Virus record (IMG/VR): IMGVR_UViG_3300048574_000448
Span: 1-32,124 of that record
DNA: 32,124 nucleotides
Strand: one strand, 5' to 3'
DNA from: a virus
Lineage: Duplodnaviria > Caudoviricetes
The notes beneath the pieces are model-generated. The model did no database searches. It was not told where the DNA came from and worked only from the letters and a program-made list of their open reading frames with translations. Each line of letters starts with the position of its first letter. Positions within the stretch are counted from its first letter, which is position 1. Shown here one piece after another: positions 25,377 through 32,124 of the stretch. Both the position numbers and the translations under genes were made by a program.

Positions 25377-26140
25377 TGGATTCCGTGATCGCCTGGATCG
25401 GGGGCAAACGCCTGCTCCGCAAGGAAATCGCCAAATACGTTCCCAAGGGCATCCAGGGCTACATCGAGCCGTTCGGCGGCGCGGCCTGGGTGATGCTCTT
25501 CCGCGAACGCTGGGCGGGCCTCGAAGTCTACAACGACCTGGACAACCGGCTCGTAAACCTCTTCCTGCAAGTCAAATACCACCCGGAGGAGCTGATCCGT
25601 GAGTTGGATTTGATGCTGGCCTCGCGCAAGCTGTTCTACGAGGTGCTGGGTCAAGAAGGCATCACCGAAATCCAACGGGCGGCGCGGTTTCTGTGGATCA
25701 TCACCCGTTCCTTCGGGGGCAAGGGCGACAGCTTCGGCACCTCGCAGAAACAGGGCGTGTCCAGTCTCCTGAACCGTCTCGACCGCATCCGGGAACTGAA
25801 CCAAAGGCTGGATCGGGTCGTGATCGAGAACCTCGACTACGCCGAGCTGATCCGCAAATACGACCACCCGGACAACTTCTTCTACTGCGACCCGCCCTAC
25901 ACGACCGGGTACACCTACGCTAACTCCAAGCGGTTCAGTCACGAAGCGTTGCGGGATATCCTCGGTCAGGTCAAAGGCCGCTGGATACTCTCCTACAACG
26001 ACGATCCGATGATCCACGAGCTGTATAAAGGTCTTCACATCAGGCAGGTAACCCGCGCCAAGGGCATCAACCGCAAGGAAGGCAAGATGGACTACGCCGA
26101 GGTGATCATCGCCAACTTCCCGCTGGAGGAGCAATGCTGA
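25376..26140 (+). CDS. DNA N6-adenine methyltransferase, D12/Dam class (copy 1)
   Basis: WIGGKRLL, YIEPFGGAAWV, EVYND, IENLDY, FFYCDPPY, ILSYND. GGGAGG RBS. Confidence 0.93.
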   Translation: MDSVIAWIGGKRLLRKEIAKYVPKGIQGYIEPFGGAAWVMLFRERWAGLEVYNDLDNRLVNLFLQVKYHPEELIRELDLMLASRKLFYEVLGQEGITEIQRAARFLWIITRSFGGKGDSFGTSQKQGVSSLLNRLDRIRELNQRLDRVVIENLDYAELIRKYDHPDNFFYCDPPYTTGYTYANSKRFSHEALRDILGQVKGRWILSYNDDPMIHELYKGLHIRQVTRAKGINRKEGKMDYAEVIIANFPLEEQC

Positions 26141-26922
26141 ACAGCGTGATAAGCTGGGTCGGCGGCAAACGCCTCTTGCGCAAGCAGATCATCCCGCTGA
26201 TCCCGAAGCACGACACCTACTGCGAGGTGTTCGGCGGGGCGGGCTGGGTGCTGTTCGGCAAGTCGGCGGACAAGAAGGACTGGCTCCCGGACTCGGCTAC
26301 TCGCGGACGGGGCTACACCGAAGTGTACAACGACATCAACGGCGACCTCGTGAACTTCTGGCGGTACATCAAGATGCACCCCGAAGCCTTCGCCGCCGAG
26401 CTGAACACGTTCCTGGTGGGCCGCGAAACCTTCGAGGAGTTCAAGGCCGGTCGCCCGCGCACCGAGCTGGAAAAGGCGGTGTGGTTCTACTACAAACTCG
26501 CTTGCTCGTATGGCAGCCAGAGCAAGAACTTCAGCATCATGCACGGCCACCGCTACATGCCCCTGCGCAACGAGGAGCGGGTGAAGGAAGCTTCGGAACG
26601 GTTGCGCGACGTCATCATCGAGAACATGGATTTCGAGCGACTGATCGCTCGCTACGACGGCCCGGATACCTTCTTCTACCTCGATCCGCCCTACTACACC
26701 AAGGAACGGCTCTACGAGCGCGATGACGCCGAGGCGTTCACCCGGCATGAAGACCTGGCCGCGATCCTGAAGGGAATCAGGGGCAAGTTCCTGCTCTCGT
26801 ACAATGACGATCCCTATATCCGCGAGCTATACTCCGGATGCGTGATCGAGGAAGTCGAGGCCACCTACTCGGTATCAGGCCAGAAGCAACGCCAGGTCGA
26901 ACTGCTCATCCGGAACAACTGA
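26134..26922 (+). CDS. DNA N6-adenine methyltransferase, D12/Dam class (copy 2)
   Basis: WVGGKRLL, YCEVFGGAGWV, EVYND, IENMDF, FFYLDPPY, LLSYND. GGAGGAG RBS. Confidence 0.93.
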   Translation: MLNSVISWVGGKRLLRKQIIPLIPKHDTYCEVFGGAGWVLFGKSADKKDWLPDSATRGRGYTEVYNDINGDLVNFWRYIKMHPEAFAAELNTFLVGRETFEEFKAGRPRTELEKAVWFYYKLACSYGSQSKNFSIMHGHRYMPLRNEERVKEASERLRDVIIENMDFERLIARYDGPDTFFYLDPPYYTKERLYERDDAEAFTRHEDLAAILKGIRGKFLLSYNDDPYIRELYSGCVIEEVEATYSVSGQKQRQVELLIRNN

Positions 26923-29534
26923 TGCCTGAACTCTCTTTTCGTCTGATCATCGATTCCGCCGGAGCTGAGGCCAAGCTGGAGCAGACCGGCGCGCAAGCCG
27001 ACCAGACCCGTTCTCAGGTCGAGAAGCCCCTCACCCTCAAGGTGCAGGCCGAAAACGCGCTCGCCACCATCCGCGATATGAAAATCGCCTTCGACGGGAT
27101 CATGCAGGTGGTCGGCGGGGTGGTCTCGACCCTGAACGGCTACCTGAACGCCGCGCTCGATGCCCGGCAGTCCGCGACCCTCTCCAAAGTGGCGTTCGGG
27201 GAGTATGCGGGCAAGATGAGCGAGTTTGCGGCGCAGATGCAGAACCTCACCAATTTTGAAGGCGACCAGTTGCTTGCGCTCATGTCCAAAATGGCGCAGA
27301 CCTACCACCTCAACACCGATGAGATTCAGCAGCTTACGCCCGCTGTCCTGGATTTCGCCGAGGCCAACAAATCGACCGGCATGACCGTGGAATCGGCCTT
27401 CGACCTGATGGGCCGGGCGGTGAACGGGCATACCGAGATGCTGAGCCGCTACGGCCTCGAACTCGACGAAAACAAGATCAAGACCGAGGGTGTATCTTAT
27501 CTGGTGAAGCAGCTCACGGCTGACTATGGAGGCACCGCGCAGGCACTTGTCGATTTACGCCTGCAGAACGCGAACGCCTGGGGCGATGTGCAGGAGTCGA
27601 TCGGCGACATGCTGAACGTCCTCATCACACCGTTGCTGAACGGGTTGAAGGGCCTGTTCGCCTGGTATAACAACCTCTCGCCGGTGCTGAAAGGTTTCGT
27701 GACCGGTCTGGCTGTGGCGATTCCGACCATCGTGAGTGTGACCACGGTCATCACCGGACTTACCGCTGCGATCAACGCCCTCAAAGTGGCCATCAATCCG
27801 GTGGCCGGGGTGATCGGGATCGTAGTCGGGGCCCTGGCCGCGCTCGGGTTCGCCTACGCCTCGACCAAGCTCGCGTCTGACAACGCCACGGACGCCCAGC
27901 AGGACTTCCGGCAAGAGGTTGAGCAAACCACCAAGAGCGTGGATGAACTGGTTGCGGAACAGCGGGAAATCGCTACCAGCATTGACTACGACGAGGCCAA
28001 GAAACGGCTCAAGGCCATCGAGGACGAGCTAACCCGTTACCGGGACATACTCGAGGCCATGAAACAGGGCCCGGTGCTGACCGGCGCGGATTTCGACCCC
28101 ACGAAAATGAACGAGATGCTGGCCGAGGAGCAGGCCCTGAAGGAACGCATCCGCACCGACGATGCGGCCGCCCAGAGCACATTCTATCGGGAAAAGTACA
28201 GACTGGATAAAGAATCGACATTGGAAGGGGTTGCGCTTCTCGAATACCGGCTCGCCGAGGAGCGCAAAGCCTACCGGGAACTGGGTGCGCTCAATGCCGA
28301 GAATGCCGACCGGAAGCAGGCGACCTACGAGCGCATCAAGGGGCTGGAAAAGCAGCTCGCGCAGGCGCATGAGGACTCGGTGGAAGCTCTCACCTCCCTC
28401 GACACGAAGTATTCCACCGCGATGATCGACGACGCCACGGCGAGAACCCAGCGGGAGCTTGAACTGGAGCGGGACGCAGAACTCAGCAAGGCTCAGGCCC
28501 TGGGCGCGTCCGAAGAGTTGCTGCTGAAGATCCGCACGGTCTATGCCAACCGGATCACCCAGGTCGAGGCCGACGCCGAAGCGGAGCGGCTCAAGAATGC
28601 CGAAGCCGCTGCCCGCGAGAAGGAGAGAATTGCCCAGGAAACCGTTCGCGCCGAACAGGAGAATGCCGACACCCGGGCCGAGTTCTTCCAGGCCCAGCTC
28701 ACCTACGAGAACAACGAGTATCAGGCGCAGATCGACGCCATCGACAACTATTATGCCCAGCGGCGGGATAAGCTCTTAGCTGCCGGGATCACCGAAGAGC
28801 AGATCACGAAGCAGAGTGAGTTGGCGAAGGCGAAGATTCGGGAATCCTTTGAGAAGCAGCACATCGCAGGCGTCTCCAGCATTCTCGGCAACCTCGCCAA
28901 GACCGCCGACGCCTTCGGCAAGAAGGGTTTCGCGCTCTGGAAAACCTTCGCCATCGGGCAGGCGTTGGTGGATACCTACTCGTCAGCAACCGCCGCCTAC
29001 AAAGCGATGGCGGGTATTCCCATCGTCGGCCCCGGCTTGGCTATCGCCGCTGCCGCCGCCGCGATCGGAGCGGGTCTGGCCAACGTCGCCCAAATCTCCA
29101 AGACCGAACCCCCGAAAGCGGCCCGGGGAGGGCTGCTCAAGGGAAACTCCCACGCGCAGGGCGGCATCCTGATCGAGGCCGAGGGAGATGAGTTCGTCAC
29201 CTCCAGGGATCGGGTGAAGTCGCTGGGTTCGGGGTTGTTCAACTTCCTGAATTTCGCGCCGTTGAGTCAGGTGCGGGCCGCACTCGGAAACATCGCCTTC
29301 CCCGCGTTTCCCGTCCCCGAACCGAAGTTGGCCTACGCGACAGGTGGGGCGGTAGGCGGCTCCAATACACTCGCCGAACTGATCGAGGCCATTCGAGACA
29401 TGCGCGACGAGATCGTGGTAACCATCAAGACCTCAAAACCCGCCATCCAGGTCAGCGTTGACCCGCTCTCTGCCGATCCTGTCCGGATCAGCGAACTGGC
29501 CGACACCGGCAAGCGCATCCGGGCCGAAGTTTAA
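26922..29534 (+). CDS. Tail tape measure protein
   Basis: 870 aa, Ala/Glu-rich and helical, with hydrophobic segments and C-terminal AARGG...SHAQGG...EGDEFV and YATGG motifs. TGATG coupling. Confidence 0.9.
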   Translation: MPELSFRLIIDSAGAEAKLEQTGAQADQTRSQVEKPLTLKVQAENALATIRDMKIAFDGIMQVVGGVVSTLNGYLNAALDARQSATLSKVAFGEYAGKMSEFAAQMQNLTNFEGDQLLALMSKMAQTYHLNTDEIQQLTPAVLDFAEANKSTGMTVESAFDLMGRAVNGHTEMLSRYGLELDENKIKTEGVSYLVKQLTADYGGTAQALVDLRLQNANAWGDVQESIGDMLNVLITPLLNGLKGLFAWYNNLSPVLKGFVTGLAVAIPTIVSVTTVITGLTAAINALKVAINPVAGVIGIVVGALAALGFAYASTKLASDNATDAQQDFRQEVEQTTKSVDELVAEQREIATSIDYDEAKKRLKAIEDELTRYRDILEAMKQGPVLTGADFDPTKMNEMLAEEQALKERIRTDDAAAQSTFYREKYRLDKESTLEGVALLEYRLAEERKAYRELGALNAENADRKQATYERIKGLEKQLAQAHEDSVEALTSLDTKYSTAMIDDATARTQRELELERDAELSKAQALGASEELLLKIRTVYANRITQVEADAEAERLKNAEAAAREKERIAQETVRAEQENADTRAEFFQAQLTYENNEYQAQIDAIDNYYAQRRDKLLAAGITEEQITKQSELAKAKIRESFEKQHIAGVSSILGNLAKTADAFGKKGFALWKTFAIGQALVDTYSSATAAYKAMAGIPIVGPGLAIAAAAAAIGAGLANVAQISKTEPPKAARGGLLKGNSHAQGGILIEAEGDEFVTSRDRVKSLGSGLFNFLNFAPLSQVRAALGNIAFPAFPVPEPKLAYATGGAVGGSNTLAELIEAIRDMRDEIVVTIKTSKPAIQVSVDPLSADPVRISELADTGKRIRAEV

Positions 29535-29546
29535 GGGGACTTAAAC

Positions 29547-31022
29547 ATGAGCAACCTGTTCCGCATCGACTTCCTGATGAGCGATACCTCGGCCTCGGAT
29601 TACGGTCAGACCAAGCATTCGCTGGTGGATACGGCATCCAATCGACTGGTCGTTTCCCTCACTCTTTCGGCGGACAAGCTGACCTCGGTCTCAAACTACA
29701 CGAGAGAGCCCAAACGGCTGGTCTTCGAGTGTTTCCCGGACGCCTGGCTGACCGCGAATCTCATGTCCGGAACCCAGGAGTTCGAGCGCTACATCAGCAA
29801 GTACGAGATCAAGACGTATCGGGATGGGACGCTGATCTTTACGGGCATTATCGATACCAGTCTATTGAGTTACGACTATGCCTCCCAAATTCTCAAGATT
29901 ACGTGCTACGACAAGATTCGGCTGTTCTCGATCTATTCGGACATCGAGCAGTATTTCAGCCTCACATCGGGTTACCAACCGGGTTGGATGATCGGGTATT
30001 TCATTCAGAACATCCAGCAGCGCATCCCCGTAGCGATCGGCCAGAGCAACCAGTTTACGCTTCCCACCCTTTCGCAGAACGACATGAACCTCTGTGCGGT
30101 TAACTATCAAGACATGGAGCAGGTTCCGACCAACTCCGGAGGCTGGGTTTTCTCGATCCAGGCTACGAGCTGGACTTATCCCAAATACGGCTACATCTTC
30201 GATTCGACCGCGAACACAGTCACTTTCTGCTTCGCCCACAAGAAGATCATCCAGGCGCACTACTCCAATCCCGCCCAGGATCAGTATCGGGGCCAGTTCC
30301 GCGCCCGTATCTGGAAGTTCTTCAATGGCATCTGCCCACTCTATTACGATTACGACGAAAACACCGACTGGAAGGCCACCCTGACCGACCTCGACGACGA
30401 CTACAACGACATGCTCGCCTTCTTCACCGAGCACGGCATCGGCACGGCCAGCCTGGACAGCTTGGTGTTGACTGGTGCTCTGAACGGCAACGCCTACAAT
30501 TCCAGTCACTCGGTGCATATCGCGGTGGCGGGCAGCTTCACCGGGAACGCCCTGCCCTCGATCCTGCATCCCGGCAAGGCCTACGAGACGCTCAAGGATG
30601 ATAAGACCGAGAACCTGAAAGCGCTCCAGTCGATGCTCATGCTGTATAACGCGACCATCTATTCGGATGCGAGCGGCAACATCGTATTCCGCAACAAGAA
30701 CGCCTACAACAGCGCCATCATCGACATTGCGGATGCTGACGTGATCTCCCTCGCCACGAAGCGGGGTAACCAGGAGCGGCCGGACATGAGCATCCTCGAG
30801 ACTCTCTGCGGGGATACCACCAAGCTGAAATCCTTACTACAACCAACACTCGTCGACTTCTATGACGGCAAATGGGAGATCGAGGCGACCGTCGACTCCC
30901 TTACCATATATAGTATTGGGCTGTTTTCCAAGATTCGCATCCGGGGCGTCACCTACGCCGTGACCGAGGTGACGAAGGATTTCCAGAACGACGAGACTAA
31001 ACTGAAGGCGTGGCAGCTATGA
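29547..31022 (+). CDS. Tail tip / baseplate hub-like structural protein
   Basis: 491 aa after the tape measure gene. LIFTGII...LKITCYD, IYSDASGNIVF and YAVTEV patterns are typical of hub proteins. Confidence 0.6.
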   Translation: MSNLFRIDFLMSDTSASDYGQTKHSLVDTASNRLVVSLTLSADKLTSVSNYTREPKRLVFECFPDAWLTANLMSGTQEFERYISKYEIKTYRDGTLIFTGIIDTSLLSYDYASQILKITCYDKIRLFSIYSDIEQYFSLTSGYQPGWMIGYFIQNIQQRIPVAIGQSNQFTLPTLSQNDMNLCAVNYQDMEQVPTNSGGWVFSIQATSWTYPKYGYIFDSTANTVTFCFAHKKIIQAHYSNPAQDQYRGQFRARIWKFFNGICPLYYDYDENTDWKATLTDLDDDYNDMLAFFTEHGIGTASLDSLVLTGALNGNAYNSSHSVHIAVAGSFTGNALPSILHPGKAYETLKDDKTENLKALQSMLMLYNATIYSDASGNIVFRNKNAYNSAIIDIADADVISLATKRGNQERPDMSILETLCGDTTKLKSLLQPTLVDFYDGKWEIEATVDSLTIYSIGLFSKIRIRGVTYAVTEVTKDFQNDETKLKAWQL

Positions 31023-31462
31023 ACGGCTTTCGATTGATCCGCCAGACCAACGGCAACACGTCTTTCTTCACCTGTTCGATGGGCACTGTGGAGTATTCGC
31101 CGAAGCTCAAGTATCGTATTGAGAAGAAGAATGCCTTCGACCCGGCCACGATCCACTACCGTGATCCTTACCGGGAGGACTCGTTTGCCCTCGAGGTTCC
31201 GATCCAACCGGTCGAGTATGCGGCTCTGCTATCGTTCCTCACGACGGAGGGTGTGTTCTACCTGGAATTCGACCACAACGGGGTTCGGAAGCAGTTCAAG
31301 GTCACCATCGAGGCCCTTCCCAAGTGTCCGGACGACCTGCACCAGTATCGGGATACGGTCAGGTTCACCTTGGAGAGCAGATATACCGGCACTCTGCCCT
31401 TCATCAATTTCGACATCATCATCCCTCAGGAAGACGACGACACCATTATCATTCAAGGATAG
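31019..31462 (+). CDS. Phage tail protein, possible distal-tail (Dit)-like
   Basis: 147 aa, ATGA overlap with the previous gene, beta-rich. Function inferred from size and position. Confidence 0.5.
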   Translation: MNGFRLIRQTNGNTSFFTCSMGTVEYSPKLKYRIEKKNAFDPATIHYRDPYREDSFALEVPIQPVEYAALLSFLTTEGVFYLEFDHNGVRKQFKVTIEALPKCPDDLHQYRDTVRFTLESRYTGTLPFINFDIIIPQEDDDTIIIQG

Positions 31463-31467
31463 ACGCA

Positions 31468-32124
31468 ATGTATAAATACGGAACGAGTTACTTCAAACTG
31501 GAAGGCGATAAGCGGAATCCCATCTCCGGGCTGGATGTCCGGCTGGTTAGGCCCGGAATGGCCTGGCAAATCGGACTGATCATGGTCGAGGCCGAATCCG
31601 GTTCCGGCTACTACGAAACCGACGATCTTGGCGAAGATGACTGCGGTCTTTACGAGATTTGGGACAACCGCTACAACCCGGCTGGTGCTTTCAGCGGTAA
31701 AACCTGTCTCATCGGCAAACTCGACGCTCTCGGCCTGCAGAAGAACGCTGTCACCAAGGACGCCATCCTCGACGAATCGGTGAGTGAGAAGAAGCTGGAA
31801 TCCGGTGCGATCAGCTCCAAACAACTCACCCCGGCCTGTGTTCGGCTGACCAATCTCAGCACCGAAATCCAGACCGAATCGGATGGGAAAGGCGATATCT
31901 CAGCGCACATGCCCGCAACGCTCGGTACCGATAAGAACGCCATCCACGAGCTGTCCGAAACCTACGACAGCGAACCGCTGGTGATCCTCATCCCGATGTG
32001 CGATTACCTGCTCTACATCAGTCAGGTGACGATGCGGCATGATAACGTAGAGATTACGGTGGGAATCGGTACAAAGGGTTCGGGCTCTTCGCTGAAGTAC
32101 CGGCTGGTGGCGATTCGGAATTGA
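31468..32124 (+). CDS. Phage tail-associated protein (possible fibre/appendage)
   Basis: 218 aa, AAGGA RBS. Contains short repeats of tail-fibre type (AVTKDAILDESVSEKKLESGAISSKQL). Confidence 0.5.
   Translation: MYKYGTSYFKLEGDKRNPISGLDVRLVRPGMAWQIGLIMVEAESGSGYYETDDLGEDDCGLYEIWDNRYNPAGAFSGKTCLIGKLDALGLQKNAVTKDAILDESVSEKKLESGAISSKQLTPACVRLTNLSTEIQTESDGKGDISAHMPATLGTDKNAIHELSETYDSEPLVILIPMCDYLLYISQVTMRHDNVEITVGIGTKGSGSSLKYRLVAIRN

Larger units (their letters stand above)
1..32124 (+). mobile_element. Mu-like transposable prophage (probably siphoviral tail); both ends outside the window
   Basis: MuA/MuB-type transposition pair plus GemA-like, DUF3164-like and MuF-like genes, followed by terminase, portal, capsid, lysis and tail genes. 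Many stop/start overlaps. No tail sheath gene seen. Confidence 0.93.

Noticed and set aside
25115-26748. 339 aa and 218 aa minus-strand ORFs that resemble each other
   Set aside because: Their similarity just mirrors the two paralogous methyltransferases on the plus strand.
29547-32124. Diversity-generating retroelement or Gin-type invertible tail segment
   Set aside because: No reverse transcriptase, invertase or TR/VR repeat pair in the window; one could still lie beyond the right edge.

Overview
The window is most of a Mu-like transposable (pro)phage. Both element ends lie outside the window, which starts and stops at ORF boundaries. Left arm (+, 70-7741): small winged-HTH, MuA-type DDE transposase, MuB-type AAA ATPase, HTH protein, GemA/gp16-like, DUF3164-like, excisionase-type HTH, small and large terminase, MuF/gp30-type head morphogenesis gene. 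An ~11.2 kb cargo block on the opposite strand (7811-18898) splits the packaging genes from the rest of the late region. In transcription order it holds a complete type I R-M system (hsdR-hsdM-hsdS), a UDG-superfamily-like ORF, a possible Vsr N-terminal remnant, two tandem dynamin-like GTPases (LeoA/Eleos-like), and two paralogous ~90 aa genes, each with its own copy of a promoter and terminator. Right arm (+, 19105-32124): GH24 endolysin, three probable neck genes, PBSX/P2-type portal, fused XkdF-type protease-scaffold-major capsid protein, holin, probable tail tube, XhlA-like protein, tail chaperone with a T TTT TTC -1 frameshift, two tandem D12-class adenine methyltransferases, tape measure and tail-tip genes. 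No sheath gene is visible, so the virion is probably a siphovirus. The best candidate for an undescribed system is the phage-borne defence operon (type I RM + UDG-like + dual dynamin-like GTPases). Family calls come from motif recognition by eye; no searches were run.
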